The notes under the pieces: generated by a model
Database searches by the model: none
The model's input: only the letters and a program-made list of their open reading frames with translations
What the model was told of the DNA's origin: nothing
Made by a program: the position numbers and the translations under genes
Assembly (NCBI GenBank): GCA_963924565.1
Contig: OZ004612.1
Coordinates: 7,626,001-7,690,000, forward strand
Direction of reading: 5' to 3'
DNA length: 64,000 nucleotides
DNA from: Ascidiella aspersa
Taxonomy: Eukaryota
In this document: in pieces, positions 25,001 to 38,182 of the stretch
Layout: every line of letters starts with the position of its first letter
How positions within the stretch are numbered: the first letter of the stretch is position 1

Positions 25001-25685
25001 AGGAACAGTGAAACTTTACGAACTGGAGCAGTTTGCATTGCGCTTAAACGCACTTCAGCCAGGAAATGAGACTTCTAATTTACCGCTGGACTGGGGCGGA
25101 TTAGTTCGGTTTCTATCGAAAAACTTTCCTAATCAAACCACTGATGTTTTAGGCTTTCACGGTTATTATAGCGCTAACGGCGTCTGTATACCTAAGATCT
25201 ATCGCTTGTCAGGCGACGAGTCAGGTTTCAACATTTTCTCAGCTGTGACAATCACGTTTAGCTTCGTTTCTTTGCTATATATTTTAGTAGCATATGTCAT
25301 TATATACCGAAGATCTACACAGACACCAGACATTCGCTCTGCGGCTGATTCTTCTACTAGAAATGCTACAATGCAACGCAAGATCACTTTCCTTATTGCA
25401 ACCGATATGTGCTGTTGGATGCCCATTTGCATTATGACTTTCCTAAGTATGGGCGGAGTGGTCATGCCCTCCTTCGCTTACGCCTTTTCCGCCGTTATCC
25501 TGTTGCCAATTAACAGCGCTTTAAATCCAATAATTTACTCCGATACCTTACCGATTGCTTTGGGTTTTTGCCGAGCACAATTATCCAAGTTTCGTATGAA
25601 CACTCAACCCGTTGTTTCTGATGAGCGATCTCAATCGACAAAAGATGAAAATTTGCATTCCCATAAAACGACTTCAGGAGTTTAG
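19090..25685 (+). CDS. LDLa-repeat GPCR copy B1, 8 coding exons, 1129 aa, intact
   Basis: Exons 19090-19156, 19314-19463, 20363-20485, 20677-21979, 22360-22462, 22820-23012, 23377-23522, 24381-25685. Same lengths, phases and GT-AG sites as A1. Distinct C tail (DENLHSHKTTSGV) and 3' flank. Confidence 0.9.
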
Positions 25686-27603
25686 ATTATTGTTGCGCGT
25701 TGTGAACGGATTGTGTCGAATCTTTTGTTACCCTATAGATGTGTCGCACTAGCATCATTAATCGTAGCATGTAAGTTTAAGCTGTCATATCTATATTTAG
25801 AAAACAAAAAAATTATTGCAACTAAATGTCTGTCTTTTGGTATAGAAGCCTTTCTAAGACTACATGTACCTATATAGTTTCTTTGTGGTAATATTTATTT
25901 CCTATTTCTTTTCGAAAATAACTTTTATGATTCACGATTGTTTATAATGAGGGGTGAAAGTAAAATAAATTTTTTGTCGTAACGATAATAAATTTTCTTA
26001 CCGCAATAGGTACATGGAAATTTTCAGAGATGAAGTCAGAAAGTTACGTCGTAAAAGGACGTTCTAAAAAACGTAAACTTCTAACACCTGAGGTTTTTGT
26101 TCGATGTAGTGCACGAATATGCAAGGAAGGAACGGCGTCCGGATAGTTACTGCTTACTTTTACCAGTTGCTGTAATACGCATTAAAATGTTTACTGCATA
26201 TTGAGTTACTATTAAGTCACTATACGATGTGTAAACTTGTCAGACAGTTTTAAACACAAGTGTAAAATGAGACGTTATAAACAGCCAAACTGAGGAAATT
26301 TCGACTAGTACATATCAATATAGGAGTGTGGAAGATATGAAAGAATTTAACAATTACAAAGAACAAAAAGCAAATCAGTACTTATACACTGTACATAGAA
26401 AATGTGTAGTAATATTCACTCATAAACGAGCGCATTCGACTCCGAAATATACAGAACGTCGACTGCTATTTATAACGATTTTACTTGCCCTTATATAGCT
26501 TACATCGGCCAGATGTTGGTAGTTAAGCTTTTGTGACATACGATCAGTAAAGTGACTTGAAATCACGCATCCAACACACGAAATAACAACACAGAAAATT
26601 CTGGACATTTATCAAAACGCGGCCAGGAGTGTTTGGCGTGACCGCTGCCTAATCCTAACAAAATTTCCCGCAACCACTACAACAGTGACAAATCCTGCGA
26701 TGTCTCATTGCAAAGTATAACACATAAAGGATAATAATAAAACGCAAAGTGGCATCTGTTTCGGCTTTTACAACATCATAATGTCTTACCTCCCAAGACG
26801 GGTGAATCTGAATGGCGATAATTATGTTTTTCATGTCAACGCCTAAAATATGTCATCTAACTTAATCAAGTGCACAGTGTTTATACTATAACGGCACAGT
26901 GCTTTATATTGGTTAATGGTTGTTTTGTTATAAAGTCTGTTTGAAATTATGTAATGTAGAACGACCATGGTCTTATACTCTAATAGGACGTTTATATCAA
27001 TACGCCATAAGCTACAGTGGTGTTGATTTTTTACTTATATTTTTTTCCATCTGCTTCGCACGGGCGACCTTACAAGACTTTACTTCTTTTTACGTTTAGT
27101 TTATTATAAGAAATTTGAATCAATTTTCGGACTATATTATATTACATGATACAGACTTAAGATGGCGCCAGTACAAGAAAGTCTTGCGTCATGCCGTCCA
27201 AATTACGAAATGAAAAATAAGGCCGTTGAATGATCCACGCTTAACTTTCTGGTAAACACCCATAGATACGTGCCATTGTGCTTGGTGCAGCTAACCACTA
27301 AAGTCACGTTTCTATGCGTCAACGAGCAACTCCAAACCACAAGTTTATGTTTCCAAAGTTGCCAGCCTATATTCAAACTTAGCCATATAGTGAGTAGCTT
27401 TAAACAATTTAGTTTTTTATACCTTATGCCGCAGTAAATTACGAAGAATATGTTTTCGTTCATGAGTTTAGTTCAATTAAATATGGTTTCCTGTTTCAGG
27501 GTGACTAGTCTACCAAGGTTAAAATAAATAATAATAACACGAATCAAAGTACAAGAAAAAACGATCAATATTTTAGCTTTCAGCAACAGGCCTATTATAT
27601 AAC

Positions 27604-30600
27604 ATGCTCGATTTTCTTTATCCAATTATCTGCTTCCTGGTAATCTCAACTAAATTCAAAACTGTTTTCGGTGAGTAGATTTTTGTTGGTCCATGATTGG
27701 CTTTTGAGCTACTAGTCTATTTAAGCCCAGCCAATATAGCAACATCATAATTGCTGTCGTGTATAATAATTGGTTAATGTTAAAAATAAGTTTTAAAGTT
27801 TATACTTGTATATTACAAATTCCAGTTGAGGGCCACTACTTGGCGATCCGAAGGCGTGATTCCTCGTGTCGGGCGGAGGATGGATTTTTCCTCTGCGACA
27901 ATTTGCAGTGCGTGCAAAGACAGCATGTCCTCGACTCCAGAATCGACTGCGCTGATGGGAGTGACCAGCGCTCACGTATGCCACATATTATTATCATAGC
28001 AAGACTTGATATACACTGAGCAGTGTAGACTATTGATTTTACCATGAATCCAACACAAGTCGAAAAGCTTTAAAAATTAATTATATATGTCCACCAGGAA
28101 AGAGCCCAGGATTTTCGTTTAGGGGAGCCGGGAAATTTTTCAGGAATGACATCACAAAGTTAAATTTTGTGAGGCCCGCGAATCGTTTTAAATTTTCGGC
28201 AAGAACTCAAATTATCTTCCACATTTCATCCTTTTTAACACCATTGTCTTGTGCTATTGCTAATTAACTGTCATTAAACCTAAATATCTTATTTAAAATT
28301 GGCCAGCTTGCCTGTTTAAAAATGAAAGATTTTGTCTAAGTAAGTTGTGTCATACATGCAACCTATACACACGTTTTGCAGCTGAGGCGCATACAACGTT
28401 TGAATATTTAAAATTCTTGCTTAACTGGGTGGATATACTGATCTTTTGAACACTTTTTTATGGTTTTAAAATCAAGAAAAAAACAATGATTATTGGTGCC
28501 TTTGTCGCAAATTACAGTCGTAACATTTGCAACGTTTTCCGGATTCGTGGCACTTTCTGAGCTAGAAAACATTTCTGTGGGCGCCCATACCACTCTATCA
28601 CTATATATTTATAAATGCTGCTAAAAGTTAGTGTGTGTATCTACAAGTAAATCAGCGCAGGTGTGCCACCAGCAAACGAAAAGAAATACTGTTAACAGCT
28701 TATTGCAGATACATTAAATAGGCCTATATTGATCATTTTAAAACGTTTTTGTTTCTTAGGTTTGTTGTTGCGGCTCACAGACGTAATCCAAATATGTCAC
28801 AGGGTTCTCAGTAAGACTTGAGTTTGTCCCCCTGTAATAGTGCTAACCCCTGGGTGTACTAAGAAATGAGAAAACATAGCATTTATTTTTAATAATGTTT
28901 AATTTTCAAACTTCCTTTGGGAAACCGTAGATAAAAATGTGCCCTTAATGTGTTTGGATGCCTCAACTCAATTAATGAAGTTGTGCGCATAGAAACGCAT
29001 GGTCCGCTTTAACTCAAGGCGACGAATTTACCTTCCAGCAATAAATTGCACGGACGACGAATTTCCTTGCCGATCGAGTTTCCGTTGCGTTCCGAGGCAG
29101 TTTGCGGTGGACGGATGTGTTCGTAAAAGAAACGTGATACTCGGGTGCAGAGAAGATAAAGGTTAGATACGTCGCATACGACATAAGCTTTTAAACATAT
29201 TTTTTTAACTGGAGGTTTGCAATATTAGTTGCTTTCTCATGTTTTCTTTAAGTCGTGAGGGCAAGGCGTAGTGAAATAAATGCTGAACTTCATTTTTACA
29301 TATCCAAAAATCATAACTTTTGTGATATTGCCTTCATAAATTGGTGCCGCAGAATTCACTTGCCGCAAGACTCGCCGCTGCATCCCGAGGTGGATGGTGA
29401 TGGACGGAGAGAGGGATTGCGACACTTTGTCCCACAACGATTTAAGTGACGAGGAGCGCGGGTTCGAATCCTGCACGAGCTCGGAGGTGCGCTGCCATCT
29501 TCCAGTCGGAAGTAGCTTAAAGAAGGCGCGCTGCATTCCGCGGGCGTGGGTCCGCGATAACATTACCGATTGTCCGGGAACGGGAAGTGACGAAGTGGCG
29601 CCGTTGAGCTCCTGTAATAATGTAACCGAGTTTCGCTGCAAAGATAGCGGCGGATGCGTGCTGCGGTATAGGGTAAGAGACGGATACTCGGATTGTGGCG
29701 ACTCTTCCGACGAGCTTGAGCAACTTGGATGCAACAGAGACGAGTTTCATTGCCTCGATAGCGGAAGATGCATTCCCGATACCTGGATTGGGAACAAAGT
29801 AAGCGACTGTCCAGACGGAAGCGATGAAAAGGTGATTAGGCAACCAACAAACTGTTCGGCAAACCAGTTCTTATGCGCCTCATCGCGTCGATGTATTCCT
29901 CTTGAGTATTTATGCGACGGAATCGACAACTGCGGGGATTGTAGCGACGAGATCGAGAGTTGCAAAGAACAAGGTCCGAAGATGTTTCGCTGCCCGAACC
30001 AGCCAAGCACTTGCCTGTCTTGGCAGTATTCCTGTGACGCGTTAACTGACTGCCCGAATGGCGCCGACGATATTACTTGGATGCCAGGCTTCAAGTGCCA
30101 AAAACTAGTTTTAAACTCGCCTACCGGCAAGAAATACTGCTCAGTGCCTCAATGGGCCTTACACGACCAGTTGCCTTGGTGCGACGACGGATCCGATATA
30201 TGCTTCGATGACAGAGGCGAGTTTCTGTGCTCAATGTGCTTGGACGGCAAGACCATCATAGCCAAGAGGCAGTTGTGTGATGGGATAATCGACTGTCCAG
30301 ACCTTTCCGACGAGTGCCTCTGCTCGAATGGTTTTAATACGACTGTCCTTACTGAAGTCTGCTCAAACGTGTGTTACAATACGGACCTACAGGGTGCTGC
30401 GTGTCGCAACTGCAGCGTTGGGCATTTCAGGTGCGATTCAAACTGCTTGGAAATAAATAAATTTTGCGATGGCGTGGTAGATTGCCCAACATCCAAATCA
30501 GACGAGTTGTATTGCGCTGAAAATCAAAAACTTGTCAATGCAAAAAGTTCGAAGAACTTCGTTTGTGACCTGATTACTCCCTTACATCGTACGTTGGCTG

Positions 30601-33600
30601 ATATTCTTGGATTCACCTCATTCGCTGAAGGAGCGTTTGTGGAGAACGCCTTCGGGTAAATTAAATTTTCACATTGAGACACCTAAACTGAGAATATAGT
30701 TTAAATTGTACACAAACATCAAACTAAAGACAAAATTTTGTAGGCCTAAACCTACAGTCAGTTTGTTTCGATTTTATTATGATATATATGTTTCACTCCT
30801 ATATTCCAGTCAAGCCATTTTGCCCTAATGAAACAGTAAATTAAGTTTTCTAAGTTAAGTCATTGGGTTAAGTCATAACAACACTGATGGAAACACAATA
30901 AAATAAAAAACAAGGGAAGATTGCGTTAGTTGAAAGAAAACTCTGAGTGCAAACGTAGCAGAAATGCGTCCACATTTTCGGCTTTTTAAGTATTTGATCT
31001 TTAGAAAGAATTTGTTTTTACCATCACTGTAGATGCGACGGAAAAGTGGAATGTCTTTATTTTGAAGACGAATGCTCCCCTCGGGCAAATTGTAGCACAA
31101 GGCTCAAGGTTTGCGACAGCATTCCGATGAAAAAAGTTAGTATGTTACCAACCAAACTGTTCAACTTTGTTTTGTTAATTTACTGAGCATTATTTTTCCT
31201 AACAAGATACTGCATAGTAAACACACATTAAATACAAAGTGAAAGAACAGTATGTAATGAATATGCTGTTGCTGCCAGGCATACAATTGAACAATTGTTC
31301 TTCTGCCAAAATATTTCCTAAAAAACGTACATATTTATATATATATTTAATGTATAGAAATGCGTTTAATAAATTAAAATTAAAAATTATTCTTAACGAT
31401 AACTATCAGTTTTACATACTGCCAACTATCACATCAACTTTAAGTGAAATATTAAATCAGGCGTTACAAATCCAACCCTGCTGCTACGCTTTCTTTACCG
31501 CCAGATAGTAATGCCCACTCTATGGACGAAGTTGTACAACGCGACAGGCAAGGAAATGAATCGTTTGTGCGGCGGTTTCCAGGAATACGTGATTGGATCT
31601 TCGATTTGCAACGGTGTTCAGGAATGTAGCGAAAAGGAAGACGAGATGGATTGCGATCGTTTCTACTGCGACGCGGGAAAAGTGCCGTGGATCTCAGGTG
31701 AAAGCACATAAAAGCACACGACTCGAAAGGGAATTACGTTCCATTTTAGTTGGATTACAAAAGTTCCAGCTTCACTGTTGGCTGTTGATTAGCAATACCT
31801 GCCCCATGCAAGGTCATTAGGTTACCCCGGGTCATTGTCCTCACCTGGTCTTCAGGTTACCCCAGGTCATTGACCTCATCTGTTCTTCAGGAAGTGCAAA
31901 TCCACCGCGAAAAATCGCAAATGCCAATATATCCACATATTTCGAGTATTTCAAACCCAAAGGCGAAAACTCAGATTGTATTCAACTTAGGGTATTTGGG
32001 GTCACACTGAACAAACTCTTGGCACAAAATGGATTGTAACAGACCGACATAAAATGAGAAACACAACACACACTAGATACAGATAAATAAATATTTATTT
32101 AGGACCAAGGCCAAAGATTAGTATTCCTTGGTTGGAACGTTGCAATGGAGAGTTCGACTGCAAGGACAAAACGGACGAAATGAAATGCAACAAATCCACA
32201 CATTTCTATTGCAAAAATAGAGAGCCTCTATTTGTTGATCGCAAAAAGGTACGAGTATCACAACAAACGGCCATAGGTTGGTGGCATTGTGTTTATATTT
32301 CGCAAATTTATAGTTAATACTTTCAACAAACAATTTTTAACTAAAACCGTCATTGCCTTTTTATCAATAAAATAATTGAATTTACGAATTGCTGTTCATC
32401 AATATTTATAACTATACTAAATGCTGCGAGCCCTTTCGATAGGAAAGAACCACGTCGCAGAGATAGCGTCACGAAATTACGTCATAACCATAACACTACA
32501 AAGTTACATAAAAACGTAAAACGCCATAAAGATGTAACCTTAAGTGCTCCAGACAGTTCGTTTAAGTCTTAGGTTGGTGAGGTGTTACTTTCAAAGCCAA
32601 AGCTACATCATATATAAGCGCACAACCTAAAAGACCTCAGAGTCGACTTAATTAAAAACAATTACACTATAACGCACCTTTGAAAGGATCGCCCTTTAAC
32701 AAAACGTTACAAAAGATAAATGTGTTAACGCCGGACTTAATCGTGATTTTGGTTTCATGGCGCATCAAGCCTTTTAACATGTAGCTGAAACGCGAAATTT
32801 GGTCCGGGGCCAAAACTTATCCGGTCGGATCAATTTTGGCGTTGGAACAGCCGCTAAAACCGGTCCGGCTAGGCCTAAACTGGATCCCCTAACGCTAACC
32901 CTAACCTTAGCCAGACCTGTTTTAGCGGCTGTTCCAACGCCAAAATCGATCCGACCCGACCAGTTTGGCGCTTGATTACGACCAAAATCGATCCGACCGG
33001 ACCAATTTCGGCGTGACAAAGCCATATATCCCATTAAGAGATGCGATGCTACCCATGCTCTTGCGTGGGTCCACGCATCAGCAAACCTGCGCCTATATGT
33101 GAATTGTTTGACCGAATATGTTCTATCGCATTTTACTCTGTGCGTTTGCACATTTTTACCGTATATTCTTACTCTGACCTGATGATGCACTATTGTACAA
33201 AAGCTCATTAACACTAAATACAAATTTTCAAAAGTGCCATTTGTTTTCAGTTTTAACATATATTTGTTATCAATTCCTGCAAAGCAATAAAGGCTATTAT
33301 ATCTTTCATCTTTCAGGTTGCCTACAACTTCATTTACATCGGTGAAACAAACACCTTTAAGCTAAAACAATGACAAACCCAAACTCTGTTAGTTGATGTT
33401 TTTTTTAATTTTCTTAGGTTCTTGACGGGAAGATCGATTGCACGGACTCATCCGACGAATGTCCGGAGGACTTTGCCGATAAGAGCGCCGTTTCCTCCAA
33501 GACCGAGATGATCAAGTCGCCCGTCCTCCGTGGCTTCGTTTGGCTCATGGCTATTTTAGCATTCTTCGGAAATGTCGCCGTGATCTTCAAGACGGTCAGG

Positions 33601-34722
33601 TTCATTTTCCATTCTCGAAAACGGAAGGCATCGTCTATTTCGATTATTAACAACATCTTTGTTCTTAACCTCGCCTTTGCCGATTTACTGATGGGCTGTT
33701 GCCTTTTCGGCTTGGGCGCCAAGTCGGCTGAATTTTCGGGAAACTATTGCTTGGAAGACTTGGTCTGGCGAGCGAGTTCTTCTTGCAGTGCGCTGGGAGT
33801 GAGCATAGTTTTGTCAAGCGAGGCATCCGTCTTCACACTTATCCTTCTCACGTCTTATCGCCTCTACGGAGTCATGTTGCCCTTCAAAAGTCGTCAGCTG
33901 AGAGTTAGGGTGGCTGTTGGGTATCTTGCAGCTATTTGGGCAGTTGCTTTGTTTATTGCTCTCATGCCCTTGAGCGATATTTTATCAACGTATATGGTGA
34001 CAGACATGCTGATTGCCAAAAGCCCATACTTTAAACGAGGAACGGTGAAACTTTACGAACTGGAGCAATTTGCCTTGCGCTTAAACGCACTACAACCTGG
34101 AAATGAGACTTCTAATTTACCGCTGGACTGGGGCGGATTGGTTCAGTTCCTGTCGAAACACTTTCCTAATCAAACCACTGATGTTTTAGGCTTTCACGGT
34201 TATTGCAGCGCTAACGGCGTCTGTATACCTAAGATTTATCGCTTGTCAGGTGACGAGTCAGGTTTCAACATTTACTCCGCTGTGACAATCACGTTTAGCT
34301 TCGTTTCTTTGCTATATATTCTAGTAGCTTATGTCATGATATACCGAAGATCTGCACACAAACCAGACATTGGTTCAGCTTCGGCTTCTGCACCTAGAAA
34401 TGCTAAAATACAACGCAAGATCACTTTCCTTATTGCAACCGATATGTGCTGTTGGATGCCCATCTGTATTATGACTTTTCTAAGTATGGGCGGAATGGTC
34501 ATGCCCTCCTTCGCTTACGCCTTTTCCGCCGTTATCCTGTTGTCAATTAACAGCGCTTTAAATCCAATAATTTACTCCGATACATTACCAATCGCTTTAG
34601 GTTTTTGTCGAGCGCATCTTTTAAAGTTCCGCACCAAGAATAAACCCGTTTTTTCTGAGCAGCGATCTCAATCGACAAAAGAAGGCAACTTGCCTTCCCC
34701 TTACACGACTTCAGGACTATAG
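27604..34722 (+). CDS. LDLa-repeat GPCR copy A2, 8 coding exons, open reading frame
   Basis: Exons 27604-27670, 27826-27975, 29039-29161, 29353-30655, 31033-31135, 31505-31697, 32103-32248, 33418-34722. Private substitutions Y>C in ECL2 (34204) and P>S in TM7 LPINS (34543). Confidence 0.88.
31811..31876 (+). promoter_or_regulatory. Nuclear-receptor half-site cluster in intron 6 of A2
   Basis: Same sequence as 7587-7652, including the perfect IR1 AGGTCATTGACCT. Confidence 0.4.
32786..33018. mobile_element. Palindromic TAACCC-core element in intron 7 of A2
   Basis: Copy of 8562-8794. Confidence 0.7.
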
Positions 34723-35172
34723 ATTTTTATACTCGCTGTGCAGTATAGAAGTTTGTTCAAGTTTTGAACTTTTGACTACATGTTAAGGTTGTGATGCTGT
34801 AGCGTCTTTTGTTTAATGCAAGTTCAAATGTTGTATTTATTATTCCAGTAGAAAAAAACATTTTTGTTATTTTTTGTCTTATGTGAAATTCTGTTTGTAG
34901 ACTGCACACTCATAGGGTTGTCTTGTGACTATTTATTTCATTTTTTTTCTGTTGTTCTAAATTTAATTTATGAGATTATGAGGGTATAGGCTATAAACAT
35001 TCCGAAACAGACAAAGGACTGAGCGATCGTTTTATTGTTTGTAAATAGCACGGTTATGTATTCGATTTTAAGGCGTTTTTGTATTAAAATAATAAATTGT
35101 ATATATGAAGTATTTAATGTGCAGCTAATGCAATAACATATAGCGAGCATGCCATAACGTCATATGTTAAAC

Positions 35173-36016
35173 CAGGGTTCGGCAACCTACGGCCCGCGGA
35201 TATAATTCATCCGGCCCGCCGCCTGTTTGACAAATTAGCCACGAGTCCATTTGACATACTTTTTGACTATTTTAGCTACCTAAGTTCGAAAAATTTTCGT
35301 GCTTTGCGCGAATGATCTTTTTACATCCGGTTTGTACGTTTTTATGCTGTCTTTTTAACTAAATCAGCGATACTTTATAGTTGCGCCGTGCAAGACTGCC
35401 TATAGTGCGTCGCGGAAAAGTGGAAAACGATATTGATCATATAATAGATAAAAGATTCATTCTTTTATTTGCAAACGTTTCGGCAATTTCTTTTGCTTAC
35501 TGCACTGATGATGGCAAAAGAAATTGCCGAAACGTTTGCAGATATTGATCATATTTTTTAACCATTTTTTTTATTTTTTACTTTCAGCAATGTGATAAAA
35601 CTTGCAAGAAAATGAACAGAAATGCCGGTTTACCAAAAAAAATCGCGCTTGGTTCGCTCGCCAGGTGCGCCCGAACTTAAAAAACGTTAACCAACTCTTA
35701 CTTGGATTAACTTTAAATGTTATCGCGTTCACCTTAAAGTAGTCTTATTACACTTTTCATTAATAATATGGATAACGTGTGAACTCGAATTTTATACCAA
35801 ACAAACGCTTTTTTTCACGCTTTGCGGCAACACTTTACTGCCTCTTTAAACGTAATTATACACGTCTGAAAGTGCAAAAAGGATCCGAGGCCCGCCTGAT
35901 TCACTGCTGCTCTAACATTTTAATAACACAATTCTTAGTTAACATTTTGTGCGGTCCACAGAAACCTTTCTGAGTTTGGTTTTGACCCGCGACTAGAAAA
36001 AGGTTGCCGACCCCTG
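35173..36016. mobile_element. hAT-like MITE family 1, 844 bp
   Basis: Same TIRs. TSD TGTTAAAC / TATTAAAC (7 of 8). Confidence 0.85.
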
Positions 36017-37784
36017 TATTAAACCTTACTGGGACAAACAAATGACAGACATATAGGTTTGCAGTTTTTAATTGCACCGTTTTGCCTGTACGGTTGAATG
36101 GTCAAACGGTAAAGCTTCCGGTTTACATCAACCAATTAACGGAAGTAAGAAAAACCTTTAATGGCTAATAGCAACTTGACAGAAGAATTTAAATTAAACT
36201 AGCATCATGTTTTAGTGAAACTCGGACAGAATTTCTATGTTTTTTTAGCAAACAGAAGATAACTGGAAATAAGCCACGTCGACATGGCACCCAATCTGCA
36301 TTTTTGCTTATATTCCAATGCAAACATCTTTCTCCCTCCGTCATCTAAAATAGTTTTTGCCAACTTTAAACAATATAAAGGCGTTTCTTTGACTTTGTGT
36401 AAATCGATAACATCTTTGTAATATATCTTTTGTATTGAAAGTAACACATTTCCAATCTTACCCCTCAAGGAACAAACAAAAGTCGAACAAAAGATTTTTT
36501 TACTTTATTTCAGCTGCATATTAGGAGTTCCACCGAAAACATTATATACATGCATGTTATCCCAGTTATTACTCCAGTATCCATCCGCGGTGTTTTTTTA
36601 CTTGTTACGATTGTTAGCACGAGTTGTATAGGCCTGGATTAGGCCAACCTTTAGTCTATATGTGTATTTAGTTTGCCTTGGTTAAAATACTGTAAGTAAA
36701 CTTATGTTTTTTAATATTTTAGTAAAAAAATCTTACCATGATTTACACCCAATTCAAAAATAGTGTTAAATACAAAGAATATTGCCATCCTTACCTCTTA
36801 ATGACGTTTCGTAATATATTCGCTCATAACGTCAAAAATTATATCAACAAGCCACAGGGAACACACATAGCCTATATTAGGTATGTGCACAGTCGTCACA
36901 GGCAACTTTATGAGTATACACCAGACCTGCACAGCATACGGCCCACGACGTAATAACACTTTTCGGTTTACTACTTCTATTCTAAGTAAGTTCGGATTCT
37001 AAGTAAGTTCGGGCGCTCACACATAATGGCTGAAAAAAGGCGAATAGTTTAATTACGCGTTTAAAAGTTGCAGTGACTGTAAGTGTATAATAATTTAGTG
37101 ATAGGCCAAATTCGAGGTGCGCAAACTCTTCAGCTCACAGACGCATTACAGATTCTGTACTTTGACAAAAAGTAGCATAAGATGCATTAAATTGTCGAGA
37201 ATTTTTGCCACGCCAAAGAGTTTGCACAAAACACAATAGGCGGATCCTGGAGGCAATCAGACAATGTGGCTATTGCTATTTAAGCATTACTTTTTAAACC
37301 TCTGTTCGTTAGTAATATGTTTTTGTCTGTTTCAAGAAAATCTATTTAGCTGAAAAGCGCTATGCACAATATGTCATGTCGCATCGCGTGACTCATCAAC
37401 TCTAAAAAACGCAATTCCTGTTGAATTAGACCGCGAATGCCAGCAATATGCAAATATATTTTATGTGCCAAATACGCCACGTATCCCTTTAAATTAAAAG
37501 ACAAAACGCCAAATTTTCACGGTTCGCCCGATTAGACTAGATTTTAGCCTCATATAATGGCGTGCGAGTTGCTGGACACGCTACGCACGTTATTTCAAAA
37601 TTAACTAAGAATAAAACAATGCCTAATACCTAAATGGTAAATAGTTGCATTCATTTAAATAATAAATAATGGCGTCTAACTTGACATAAAACAAAACACG
37701 CCATTGCATATATTGGAGGAAATCAAAATTCTATCAAATGTAACGAAAAAGTAATTTAGCACAGCTTGCAACAATAATCTAAAC

Positions 37785-38180
37785 CAGTGCTCTTCAACCG
37801 GTGTGCACGGTGCACCCTATAAGGGTCCAAAATATGCATGTGGTGCACCACAACGAAAAGGTATACAAGGGGGCATCACAAACTTTTAATGAAGCATTAA
37901 TATTTAAGATTTTTAATGACAAAACAGTCGTTAAACAGTCTCTTTGCTATTTTATTAAGTTTGTTTGAATGGTGTTTTAAGACATGCAATATAATATTCG
38001 CAAGCAGCCTGCAGCCATAAACTCTCACCGACAGTGTGTAAAACTTCGGCAGTTCCGCTCGGTTTAATTGACATGATGATATTTTTTTGACGTCAGTTTA
38101 CCTTTTAAGTAAACAGGGTGCATGACTTCTCTAGATCAACCTTAAGGGTTCACCAAACCAAAAAAGGTTAAAGAGCACTA
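37785..38180. mobile_element. hAT-like MITE family 2 at the stop codon of C2
   Basis: Same TIRs and ATCTAAAC TSD as 13560-13958. Confidence 0.9.
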
Positions 38181-38182
38181 AT

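Larger units (their letters stand above)
1156..25324. repeat. Tandem segmental duplication unit 1 (about 24.2 kb: gene A, MITE, inverted pseudogene C, gene B)
   Basis: Homologous ORFs recur at offsets 24169 (2251/26420, 5225/29394) and 24224 (9284/33508), with near-identical intergenic sequence. Confidence 0.95.
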
